A stretch of DNA of 64,000 nucleotides from Planctomycetota bacterium. GTDB taxonomy: Bacteria; Planctomycetota; UBA8108; SXIK01. Where the stretch lies: assembly GCA_965223265.1 (NCBI GenBank), contig OZ244999.1:8992001-9056000 (forward strand), written 5' to 3'. Position 1 is the first letter of the stretch. Each line of letters opens with the position of its first letter. Shown here piece by piece: positions 45,876 through 54,533 of the stretch. The translations under genes were made by a program, and so were the position numbers. A model generated the notes under the pieces. It saw nothing but the letters and a program-made list of their open reading frames with translations. It had not been told where the DNA came from and made no database searches.

Positions 45876-47054
45876 TCACTTTGAAGCGCTGCGATCGGCG
45901 GACGGATGCTCCGGGCGCAGGAGCTTTCCTTTTTTGTAGTCGACTCGAGTCTTATCGAGAATGTTCCCCTGGATAAGAATCGCTTTCTGCTCGGCGGTTT
46001 CGTCGTTGACCTCGATGATCACGTTTTCGAGCACGTTGCCGCTGACAATCGTATTCCCTGCCGAGAGCTTCACCAGCAGGGGTTTCGTTCGGTCAGTCGT
46101 ATGGAGGTGGTTGCTCGTGATGAGCGCGCCGTAGCCGCGCGCGTCGATTCCGTATTTACAACGTCCGCCGCGGTCGACGGTCAGGACGTTGCCGCTGATG
46201 ACGTGGCGCTGCGAGTTGGCCCACGAGCGAAAGGCGATGTCAAGGTCGCCACCCTCGAGGACGTGTACGATGTTGTCTGCCATGAGGATGGAGTTGGCGC
46301 GATCCGTGCCGATCGCTACGTGTGTGCGGCCTGTGATTTCGACGTAGTTGCCACGGATCTCTCCAGGCCCGGTGAGAATCTCCACCGAGTCGGACATCGC
46401 ATTGCCGAGAACGTTGTCGATCACTTTCATATTGTGACCTTCGAGCATGATGCCGAGGCGGCGCGCATTCACAACATGACAGTCGCGGACGGTTACGTGG
46501 TGGTTTGGCTTGCCGCTCGGTCCGCCAGGGCGCCGGTAGTACGCCTTGATGCCGCAGAATTCGAAGCGGGCGTGCGACACATTGGGGTCGCCATCGCCAT
46601 GCGGGTTTTGGTCGCGGTTGGCATCCACATAGAGGTCGCGAATGGTCACGTATCCGACATTCGATCCAATGATTCGGATGACGTTGGTGTTCTGCTCGGG
46701 CGCCTGAATGAGTCGAGTGCTTGGACCCTGACCGGAGAGCGTCACATTGCTGCGTTCGATCAGCACTCCACCGAGCCGTTTCTCGACCTTGCGAATGTCG
46801 TACGTACCCTCCATGAGCAGCACCATGCCGCCCGCAGCAGGAAGAGACTTGATGGCGCGGTTGATCTCCTCCTGGTCGCCGTCGCCATCGCCGACGAAGT
46901 CGGCAACGTCGCGAGATTTCGCAGCCGAGTCATGCGTCGCGACCACAACGGTAGCCACCGGCGCGGCGATGATCAGCGGAGCGCACAAGACGCCGCTGGC
47001 TAGAAGCGACCAACCGCGTGCCGACGACGCTGAGAGGTGTTTGAGGAGGTGCAT
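45876..47054 (-). CDS. secreted right-handed parallel beta-helix protein
   Basis: signal peptide, DGDGDQEEINRAI, GGMVLLMEGTY, repeated I-x-x-N ladders. Confidence 0.8.
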   Translation of the reverse strand: MHLLKHLSASSARGWSLLASGVLCAPLIIAAPVATVVVATHDSAAKSRDVADFVGDGDGDQEEINRAIKSLPAAGGMVLLMEGTYDIRKVEKRLGGVLIERSNVTLSGQGPSTRLIQAPEQNTNVIRIIGSNVGYVTIRDLYVDANRDQNPHGDGDPNVSHARFEFCGIKAYYRRPGGPSGKPNHHVTVRDCHVVNARRLGIMLEGHNMKVIDNVLGNAMSDSVEILTGPGEIRGNYVEITGRTHVAIGTDRANSILMADNIVHVLEGGDLDIAFRSWANSQRHVISGNVLTVDRGGRCKYGIDARGYGALITSNHLHTTDRTKPLLVKLSAGNTIVSGNVLENVIIEVNDETAEQKAILIQGNILDKTRVDYKKGKLLRPEHPSADRSASK

Positions 47055-47115
47055 GAGTTTCTCCTGCGCTTTCCGTGTCCGATGTGGGGTGCTCGATGTT
47101 CGTCTCTGACGGTCC

Positions 47116-47378
47116 GACTGTGCGCCGACTGCGAGTGCGAGTGCGATTGCGAGTGCGAGTGCGTGTGCGTGGGCGTGGGCGTGGGCGTGTGCGTGTGCGT
47201 GTGCGTGTGCGTGTGCGTGGGCGTGGGCGTGCGAACCTCCCCGCCTGTCTCTGTATCCGCCTCCGCTTCTGCCTCCGCCTCCGCCTCTGGTATCTGTCTC
47301 TGTATCCGCCTCCGCCTCCGCCTCTGTAGCTGAATCTGTATCTGAATCTGTATCCGCTTCTGCCTCCGCCTCTGCCTC
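47116..47378 (-). repeat. hexamer-array locus G (bipartite)
   Basis: minus strand: GAGGCA/GAGGCG/GATACA/GATTCA block abutting the RluA stop, then CACGCC/CACGCA/CACTCG block. Confidence 0.9.
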
Positions 47379-48416
47379 CTATCTCCCCTCAACTCCGCCC
47401 GTCTTCGGACTCCTCGACTCGTCACTCTCACCGTTGAACCACGCGGGTGCTTGGACCACGAACGACATGAAACGACCTGCGCTTGGGTGGCGCAGCCGGA
47501 TCGACTGGGCATGGAGCGCCAGGCTGCCAGTCGCCGTTGTGAACGCGTCGCTGCGCGTGGGACCTTGCGGCGGCAGGTCGGAAGACGAAGACGTGTCGCC
47601 ATAGACCGTGTCGCCGACGATCGGACAGCCGATGAGTTGTAAGTGAAGCCGGATTTGGTGCGTGCGACCGGTGAGCGGTTCGACGCGAACGAGCGCGCTT
47701 CCATCGTCGAGGCGGTGGAGAGTACGGCAGCGAGTCACGCAGCGCCGTCCTTCGTCTAAGACCTGCCGTGAACCCGCGTGCCGTGGCTCTTTGGAGATCG
47801 GTGCGGTGATCGTGAGATTCTTGGAAGGTGGAGCGTCTCGGACGTGTGCGACGTAAATCTTTCTGACCCGACGGGCTTCAAACTCGCGCTGCAGTGCTCG
47901 GGCTGCCTGTTGTGTCTTGGCGATCAACTGAACGCCGGTCGTATCCGCGTCGAGCCGGTGCGGCAGACGCCATGCGACTTCCGGGTGGGCTGCAGTGAGG
48001 ATCGAGACGAGCGTGTTCTTGTTGAAACGTCCGCTTGGGTGGACGGGAAGCGGGGCCGGCTTGTTCACGGCGAGCAGCTCGTCGTCTTCGTAGAAGACCC
48101 GTATGTCATTGTCGACAGGTGGCTCGACGACCTTGGGCAAGAGGTGGACCAACGCCGCGCCGGCGCGGACCACCTCGTTGGCTTTGAGTGGCTTCCCATC
48201 TCGCAGGATGAGATGTGAGTCAACTTCGAGCTCCCATGCCGCTCGTGAGATGTGTGGAAAACGATGGCTCAGGAAACGTAGCAATCTCCATCCGTCGAAG
48301 CGTCCGGGTACGCGCAGCGGACGAGCGTTGTCGTAAGGCCTACTTCCCGGGAGCGGCGTTGTGTGCGCCGCGATTCTGACACGCCACTCCCTCAGCGAAG
48401 TCTTCGCAGCCGTCAT
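47379..48416 (-). CDS. RluA/RluD-family pseudouridine synthase
   Basis: VNKPAPLPVHP, HRLDADTTG, TGRTHQIRLH, PIVGDTVY, LHA. Confidence 0.93.
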   Translation of the reverse strand: MTAAKTSLREWRVRIAAHTTPLPGSRPYDNARPLRVPGRFDGWRLLRFLSHRFPHISRAAWELEVDSHLILRDGKPLKANEVVRAGAALVHLLPKVVEPPVDNDIRVFYEDDELLAVNKPAPLPVHPSGRFNKNTLVSILTAAHPEVAWRLPHRLDADTTGVQLIAKTQQAARALQREFEARRVRKIYVAHVRDAPPSKNLTITAPISKEPRHAGSRQVLDEGRRCVTRCRTLHRLDDGSALVRVEPLTGRTHQIRLHLQLIGCPIVGDTVYGDTSSSSDLPPQGPTRSDAFTTATGSLALHAQSIRLRHPSAGRFMSFVVQAPAWFNGESDESRSPKTGGVEGR

Positions 48417-48422
48417 GTACAC

Positions 48423-49631
48423 TCAATTTCCGCTGTCGAGAGAAACGGTTCCCGAGAACAACCCATCGGATTGACCCCACGCAATCACGGCCGTCTCGGA
48501 GTCGATGCAATGCGCCGCAATCGCCGTCACGTTCTGCGGTTTCAGGGCCGTTCGGATCACAGGCCTAAACGCCTTTCGCGAGATCTTCCAATACCCAACG
48601 TGTCCGTCGCCTGGTTTCGCTGTAGCGTCGTCTGGCACAGCCTCTTCCGTGATGCCGAAGAGGAACGCAACGCCGCCCGGCGTTTGCGCGAAGCAGAAGT
48701 TGCTACCGCGCCCGACCTTCGATTGAATGCGTGCGAGCTCGACGAAGCGTTTCTTTGGTCGACCTGCTGCCACCCACATCTCGAATGGTGATTCTGAGCC
48801 AGTCGTGTCTCCGTCAAGCGGAACCAGGACGTAGACAGGGCCGCGGGAAGAAGGGAAGATCGACGCTCCTCCCAGTGCGACGAAATCGAGCCCTTTAACT
48901 TTCTCGCTCGAGGCGGTTGGCTTGAATCGGTTGCAGGGCGACCAGAAAAGTTGTTCGTTCTTGGCGTAAAGCAATTGCGCGCGATTGGCGGTGGAGCCGA
49001 CGACACGGGCGTACAGGACAGTACGGTTGATCTCGGGTTGCTTGGGCAGCGACTCGAAGAGCTTTTTGTATCCCCTGCGGGAAATTTCTCCGGCGAAGAG
49101 ACCTGTTCCACGCGGCCCGGTGCCCTGAGAGTAGGCAACGGCTCGGCCTCCCGATTTTGGGAAGAGTACCGGCACGCGGCGCTGAGAACGAAACTTGGCT
49201 GCAGCGGTGACGTTGAACCAATCGCTTTCGGGCTGCGCACGGCTGGAGTACTTGCGGTGGAAAACATGAGTGAGTTCTCCGACGCGTGCTGCAACGGCGA
49301 TATGAAGCCGCTCGTTTCTGTCGAGCACGAACGTGAGCCCGGAGAACGATTTGATGTGCTCGTTGTCATCGGCGGAAGCGATCTTGAAGCGTTCGCTGAA
49401 GGCCCCGTCTCGCCAGTGAACGTACGAAATGTCTCGCCCATCCGTCGTCAGGATCGCGAACCCTCCCTTGGTGTCACTGGCTGTCGCCAGGTGGGCCACT
49501 CCTGATTTGTGGAGCTGCTCGCCCGAAGACGGGGCGACGGCCGGATCCGCAGCACTGACCGTTGCCGCGGCGACCGTCGCGGCGGCTAAGAGGAGGCACC
49601 CGATCTCCCACCTGTCCACTCGTGGCTTCAT
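48423..49631 (-). CDS. secreted hypothetical protein, basic and beta-rich (propeller-like)
   Basis: GGAGG RBS, ATG 49631, signal peptide ending VSA|A; no recognised motif. Confidence 0.65.
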   Translation of the reverse strand: MKPRVDRWEIGCLLLAAATVAAATVSAADPAVAPSSGEQLHKSGVAHLATASDTKGGFAILTTDGRDISYVHWRDGAFSERFKIASADDNEHIKSFSGLTFVLDRNERLHIAVAARVGELTHVFHRKYSSRAQPESDWFNVTAAAKFRSQRRVPVLFPKSGGRAVAYSQGTGPRGTGLFAGEISRRGYKKLFESLPKQPEINRTVLYARVVGSTANRAQLLYAKNEQLFWSPCNRFKPTASSEKVKGLDFVALGGASIFPSSRGPVYVLVPLDGDTTGSESPFEMWVAAGRPKKRFVELARIQSKVGRGSNFCFAQTPGGVAFLFGITEEAVPDDATAKPGDGHVGYWKISRKAFRPVIRTALKPQNVTAIAAHCIDSETAVIAWGQSDGLFSGTVSLDSGN

Positions 49632-49728
49632 GGTTCCTCCGCTCCTGTCACCGACGCCTTCCGACACGCCAAGCGTGCCGTGGGAGCTGTAGCCGCGGCG
49701 TTTACACGTGACAACCCGTTCACGCGTG

Positions 49729-50589
49729 TCAACTCCGCCGCGGCGGAGAATTCGCCGACGGCGCCCGGCCCGCTATCTTACCATCGGCACAGTAGAGGCA
49801 CGCAACGTTTGGGATGTAACTCGGGAGCTTCTGTTCTGCCGTCGTCAGTGGCTGGCCGCAGCTGAAACATTGGATCGTGTCGGTTTCTGCTAGGTCTCCG
49901 TCGAGTGCCACGCGCCGATCGTAGACGAAGCATTCGCCTTCGTAGTGTTCGTCGCCAACTTGCTCGAAGTAGCGCAGGATGCCACCGTCGAGCTGATAGA
50001 CTTCCGGGAAACCGGAGGAGACCAGTAGAGCGGCTGCTTTCTCACATCGAATGCCACCGGTGCAAAATGTCACGAGCGGTCGTGACGGTTCGACTTGGTC
50101 TTTGAGACGCTCGACCGCGCGCGGAAACTCGCGGAACGTGGAGATGTTCAGGTGCTCGGCGCCGCGAAACGTACCGAGGCGCACCTCGTAGTCATTGCGC
50201 GTGTCCAAGAGTGTCACTTCTTTCGCCGAGTCTAACCACTTCTTCAATGCGGCCGCCTGGATCCTCGGTGCGGTTGACTGCGCCGGTGCCACATCTGGGA
50301 CGCCAAACGCTATGATCTCTTTTTTGAGTCGGACGAGCATGCGGCGAAATGGGGCATACGTCGAACAGCTTTCTTTGTAGTCGAGGTCACGAAACTGCTC
50401 GAACGATCCGATCCACGTTTTGAACGATTTCGCAGCGTCGGCCGTTCCGGCGACATTGATGTTGATGCCTTCGTGGCTGAGGAGGATCGTGCCGCGCAGG
50501 TCGAGGCGTTCGCATTCCTGACGCAACTCTTGACGCAGCGATTCGAGGTTGTCGAGATCGACAAAGCGATAAGCGGCGAGATTTGTCAT
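49729..50589 (-). CDS. trhO: rhodanese-domain protein of the TrhO/YceA (tRNA U34 hydroxylase) family
   Basis: AYRFV, LRGTILLSHEGIN, LDTRNDYEVRLGTF, FCTGGIRCEKA, LDGGILRYFE, C-terminal CxxC...CxxC. Confidence 0.8.
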   Translation of the reverse strand: MTNLAAYRFVDLDNLESLRQELRQECERLDLRGTILLSHEGININVAGTADAAKSFKTWIGSFEQFRDLDYKESCSTYAPFRRMLVRLKKEIIAFGVPDVAPAQSTAPRIQAAALKKWLDSAKEVTLLDTRNDYEVRLGTFRGAEHLNISTFREFPRAVERLKDQVEPSRPLVTFCTGGIRCEKAAALLVSSGFPEVYQLDGGILRYFEQVGDEHYEGECFVYDRRVALDGDLAETDTIQCFSCGQPLTTAEQKLPSYIPNVACLYCADGKIAGRAPSANSPPRRS

Positions 50590-50623
50590 CGGTCCTGTCT
50601 TTGTCACAAGCTCACCAACACGT

Positions 50624-52186
50624 TCATGCCGTTCCCAGCAGAGCGCTCGCTTCAGACCAAACTGCCCAAACTGCGAAGAACCCGAAAAAGAGAATTGCCC
50701 ACAACATGATCAGCAATCGAGGCCAACGCATTCGAATCGCCGGCGGGAGCTTCCATCGATTGAGGCACACCAGGGTGATGCAGTAGAGAAACATCACTAA
50801 TCCGTTCATTGCTGCGCTGAACTTGAAGAGGGCAAAGGCGCTGAATCTTTTCTCGCCGATCCAAAGGATCGTGCAGCCAATAAGGATCGTGGCCCAGAGG
50901 AAACAGTAGTAGACGCGGCTTTCGGTCCAGCGGTCACTCTCACGTAACCAATTGACCTTGACGATATCCGTGGAGACGCGACTCGCTGCGTCGAGCACGC
51001 CGAATTCGGTCGTCAGGAGCAGGGCGATTCCCATAAGCAGAAAGAGGAGCTTCGGGATGGCTCCGAACAACTCATCGATCCGCACGGCTTCACCCCAGAT
51101 GAAGCTCATGTTCTTCTGATACTGCTCCGCGCCGACGGCGAGCGTCCCGTCCGGCTCATAGAAGATGCAGTAACTGATCAGCGTCAGCAGGACAAGGCAG
51201 GCGAGACAGGTGCAGAAGAAGGACACGAAGTGTTCGGTGTTCGTTGCCTTCCACCACCGGCGCCAACGAGCAAGATTCTCTGCCGTTGGAGGGAACTGGT
51301 AGCCGACTTCGGAGATGGCCTCCTCTTGGCCGGTGATCGGGCTAGTGATACGGCCGATGAATCGCCCCATACCGTAGCCCTTATCTTTGATGTAGTTGCT
51401 CTGACACAGATTGAGTGTCCCGCCGACACCGGCAAACGCGAGAGCTCCAAGTAGCGTTGCCGCCGTGAGCTCGCCGCTGAGCTCCGGCAGTCCCCCGAAG
51501 TTGAGCGCACCCTCGATCTGCGCGGCAATCGCGTCCGGTCGAACGAGATAGGCGGCGAGAACGACAACGAGTAGGAGCGCCAGTGACACCAAAACCAGCT
51601 GCACCTTTTCGATCGTCTCGTAGAGAACTTTTCCAGCCGTAAGAATCATGCCGCAGCAGAGAAGTCCACCGATTGCCAGCGGCGTTTCCGCCGGTGACGG
51701 CGACGAATCGCCCGTCCAAATCCAGCAAACGATCTTCGCCGAGCCGCGCGCCCAGCTTGGAACTACCCACGGTACGATGTTGAGCACCAAAAAAACCCAT
51801 GCCCAATGCTTGCTCAGCCGGGCAAACCCCGCGATCGCCGTTTCGCCAGTGGCGAGACTCCAGCGCGCGACTTCCATATTGATGAAGAACTGCGTCGTGA
51901 CACCCAGAAGGCAGGCCCAGAAGAATACGAACTGACTGGCGTACGTGATGTACGGCCAAAACACAAACTCGCCGCTGCCGAGCGCCAATCCGGCGAGAAT
52001 TACGCTCGGTCCCAGCATGCGCCGAAATGGGACGGGTTCGGGCAGGTCAGCAACCTTGAGAGGTGGCAAATCCCCGGGCGAGATCATGTCCTTTGACTCG
52101 TTTGCGGCCCCGACGCCGGACGGGCGCGGTGGCGTGGGCTGCGGAGCCGAAGGTTCGGTCGGATCGGAAGCGTCAGGGTCGTGCAT
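50624..52186 (-). CDS. Nramp-like (YcsG-type) APC-superfamily transporter
   Basis: LGPSVILAGLALGSGE, many TM segments. Confidence 0.85.
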   Translation of the reverse strand: MHDPDASDPTEPSAPQPTPPRPSGVGAANESKDMISPGDLPPLKVADLPEPVPFRRMLGPSVILAGLALGSGEFVFWPYITYASQFVFFWACLLGVTTQFFINMEVARWSLATGETAIAGFARLSKHWAWVFLVLNIVPWVVPSWARGSAKIVCWIWTGDSSPSPAETPLAIGGLLCCGMILTAGKVLYETIEKVQLVLVSLALLLVVVLAAYLVRPDAIAAQIEGALNFGGLPELSGELTAATLLGALAFAGVGGTLNLCQSNYIKDKGYGMGRFIGRITSPITGQEEAISEVGYQFPPTAENLARWRRWWKATNTEHFVSFFCTCLACLVLLTLISYCIFYEPDGTLAVGAEQYQKNMSFIWGEAVRIDELFGAIPKLLFLLMGIALLLTTEFGVLDAASRVSTDIVKVNWLRESDRWTESRVYYCFLWATILIGCTILWIGEKRFSAFALFKFSAAMNGLVMFLYCITLVCLNRWKLPPAIRMRWPRLLIMLWAILFFGFFAVWAVWSEASALLGTA

Positions 52187-52337
52187 GAGTTCTCGCGGCT
52201 AGCGGACTTCGTTCGAAGCGGCCAATGATAGCGGTTTACGAGGACGGCTCAAAGGCGAAGTTGGCTTCCGCATCTTCCTTGACCGCAGATACGAAACCGC
52301 GAGAATTGACGAGGGCGCCACTTAGGAGGACGCAGCG

Positions 52338-53663
52338 ATGTCAGGCATGGGAACTTCTCGTTCGAATCCGTCAACCACAGCCACGCGCCGAGCGTTTTTG
52401 CAGAAAGTGTCTCTGGCGACGGCTGGATTCCTGGTGAGCTCTCCTCTGCCCCGCCTTTGGAGCGGGTCGCCAAATGAGAAACTCAACATCGGTATCGTTG
52501 GCGTCAGCGGGCGTGGGGGCGCGAATCTCAAGGGAGTTGCGCACGAGAATATCGTCGCTCTATGCGACATCGATGACCAGAAGCTTAGTCAAGCCGCGTC
52601 GCAGTTTCCCGGCGCGAAGAAGTACAACGATTTTCGCCTTCTCCTCGACCAGAAAGACATCGACGCGGTTGTGATCAGCACGCCTGATCACATGCACGCG
52701 CCGGCCACGGTAGCCAGCCTGAAGGCTGGAAAACACGTCTACTGTGAAAAGCCGCTGACGCACTCGGTGTACGAGGCCGACGTCGTTCGTACTCTCGCCA
52801 TGGAAAGCAAGCTGGCGACGCAAATGGGAACGCAGATTCACGCGCTCGACAATTACCGTCGCGTCGTCGAACTCATTTCGACCGGAGCGATCGGGAACGT
52901 CCACGAGGCGCATGTTTGGGTCGGGAAGTCATGGTCGGGCGGAGATCTTCCGAAAGAGCGTCCTCCCGTTCCCGCGCATATCCATTGGGATCTTTGGCTC
53001 GGGCCGGCTCCAGCGCATCATCGTTACCATCCGACGTTGCTGCCGGCGAATTGGCGTCGCTGGTGGGACTTCGGCGGAGGCACTCTCGCCGACATGGGAT
53101 GCCACTACCTTGACCTGCCGTTCTGGGCTCTCAATCTTCAACACCCCACGAGAGTCAGCCCTCTTGCTGGTTCGCCCGTGCATGCTGACGGCGCTGGCGA
53201 CAAACTCGTGATTCGCTACAAGTTTCCGGCGCGCGGTACGCTGCCGCCCGTGACCCTGACGTGGTACGACGGTGGCCAGAGGCCGCCGCACTTCGCTCAA
53301 GGGCTTTTGCCCGAATGGGGCGACGGAGTTCTTTTTGTCGGTCAACGAGGAATGTTGATTGCCGGCTATTCGAAATACCAGCTCTTACCCGAGAGCGATT
53401 TCTCCGAGTTCGAGCCGCCAGCGCCATTCATCCCAACTTCGGTCGGGCACCATCAGGAGTGGATCGACGCTGCCAAGACGGGAGCGCCGACGACGTGCAA
53501 CTTCGGGTATGCGGCGACGCTGACGCAGACGGCGCTTCTCGGCAACGTCGCGCATCGTGTCGGTCGGGAATTCGCCTGGAACGGGCAAGACCAACAGGCG
53601 CCGAATTGCCCCGAGGCCGGCCGCTACTTGCGGCGTGAGTACCGTCGAGGCTGGACGCTGTAG
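52338..53663 (+). CDS. Gfo/Idh/MocA oxidoreductase with Tat signal
   Basis: TRRAFLQ, STPDHMH, HVYCEKPL, DMGCHYLD. Confidence 0.93.
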   Translation: MSGMGTSRSNPSTTATRRAFLQKVSLATAGFLVSSPLPRLWSGSPNEKLNIGIVGVSGRGGANLKGVAHENIVALCDIDDQKLSQAASQFPGAKKYNDFRLLLDQKDIDAVVISTPDHMHAPATVASLKAGKHVYCEKPLTHSVYEADVVRTLAMESKLATQMGTQIHALDNYRRVVELISTGAIGNVHEAHVWVGKSWSGGDLPKERPPVPAHIHWDLWLGPAPAHHRYHPTLLPANWRRWWDFGGGTLADMGCHYLDLPFWALNLQHPTRVSPLAGSPVHADGAGDKLVIRYKFPARGTLPPVTLTWYDGGQRPPHFAQGLLPEWGDGVLFVGQRGMLIAGYSKYQLLPESDFSEFEPPAPFIPTSVGHHQEWIDAAKTGAPTTCNFGYAATLTQTALLGNVAHRVGREFAWNGQDQQAPNCPEAGRYLRREYRRGWTL

Positions 53664-53728
53664 CTATTTGGCACTGGCCGATCGCGCTGAGACGAGAAAG
53701 GAGCGCGAAGGCGGGAGGGCGACCGCGG

Positions 53729-53810
53729 CGATTGCGTGGGAGTGGGAGTGCGGCCCGTCTCCGTGTCTGGATCCGTATCTGTTTCTGATGCTGCCTCCGC
53801 CTCTGAATCT
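53729..53810 (-). repeat. hexamer-array locus H (left direct repeat of cassette)
   Basis: + strand CGATTGCGTGGGAGTGGGAGTG...GCCCGTCTCCGTGTCTGGATCCGTATCTGTTTCTGATGCTG... Confidence 0.85.
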
Positions 53811-53862
53811 GTAGCAGGGGTCACTGTACGGCGGCGGTCATTGTCGAGTGTACGCGGTGCTC

Positions 53863-53917
53863 GGGGCAGTCAAGGGTGCCCTCGCTGCGCTCGGCGCTTC
53901 GCGCCCTTGACTGCCCC
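53863..53917. other. palindrome upstream of the four-helix-bundle gene
   Basis: perfect 14-bp IR GGGGCAGTCAAGGG / CCCTTGACTGCCCC enclosing CTCGCTGCGCTCGG-CGCTTCGCG mini-hairpins. Confidence 0.8.
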
Positions 53918-53995
53918 TCCGCTCCGCGTTGGGGGTGGAGTACCGCCGCCCGGACGTGGCGGGCTTTCGACTCACCTTTTCTGCGGAGGCTTCAC

Positions 53996-54319
53996 ATGCG
54001 TTTCATCGCTCTCGATGTTAGTCTCGCTTTGATTGGCGATTTGCGAATTCCTTTGGCGCGGCTTCGGCGGCTCGATCCCGATCTGCATCGGCAGCTTCGG
54101 CGCGCTGCTTCTTCGGTGGCGCTCAACCTCTCGGAAGGCGCCGAGCGCGCTGGGAAAGATCGCCAGCACCTCTTTCGCGTCGCGCGCGGCAGTGCGCGCG
54201 AGGTCGAGACCGCGCTACGACTGGCTCTGGCTTGGGGCGATCTGAGAAGCGACGACGTCACGACGCCTCTCGAGACGCTTGATCGCCTGCTCGCGCTTCT
54301 TCGCGGGCTGACTCGCTGA
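53996..54319 (+). CDS. four-helix-bundle protein (23S rRNA-IVP / Avd-like family), 107 aa
   Basis: GGAGG RBS + ATG 53996; hallmark QLRRAASSVALNLSEG and FRVARGSAREV. Confidence 0.9.
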   Translation: MRFIALDVSLALIGDLRIPLARLRRLDPDLHRQLRRAASSVALNLSEGAERAGKDRQHLFRVARGSAREVETALRLALAWGDLRSDDVTTPLETLDRLLALLRGLTR

Positions 54320-54388
54320 GCGTGCGAGCCCATGCGCCCGCCACGTTCGCGGCGGGCGCACTCCCTTACGTTTTCGATGAGGCGGCGC

Positions 54389-54528
54389 CCGTGGGCGTGA
54401 ACGATTGCGTGTGCGTGTGCGTGTGCGTGGGCGTGGGCGTGCCCGTCTCCGTCTCTGGATCCGTATCTGTTTCTGATGCTGTCTCTGCCTTTGCCTCTGA
54501 ATACTGCCTCTATCTCTGTCTCCGCCTC
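54389..54528 (-). repeat. hexamer-array locus I (right direct repeat of cassette)
   Basis: starts 5 nt after the stop of the FAD oxidoreductase with GAGGCGGAGACAGAGA (as locus F), then CACGCC/CACGCA block containing CGATTGCGTG on +. Confidence 0.88.
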
Positions 54529-54533
54529 TTGAC

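Larger units (their letters stand above)
53729..54528. mobile_element. putative repeat-flanked four-helix-bundle cassette
   Basis: direct repeats (40/41 nt identical at 53753-53793 and 54441-54481) inside hexamer arrays; 14-bp hairpin; imperfect 28/29-nt inverted repeats bracketing the ORF; mobility itself is inference. Confidence 0.55.

Noticed and set aside
53996-54319. Diversity-generating retroelement (Avd-like gene plus near-identical repeats)
   Set aside because: No reverse transcriptase in the window. The 41-nt repeat pair differs by a G/C change, not at adenines, and neither copy lies in a target CDS.
53700-54530. 23S rRNA intervening sequence
   Set aside because: The flanks are protein-coding genes and low-complexity arrays, with no rRNA sequence.
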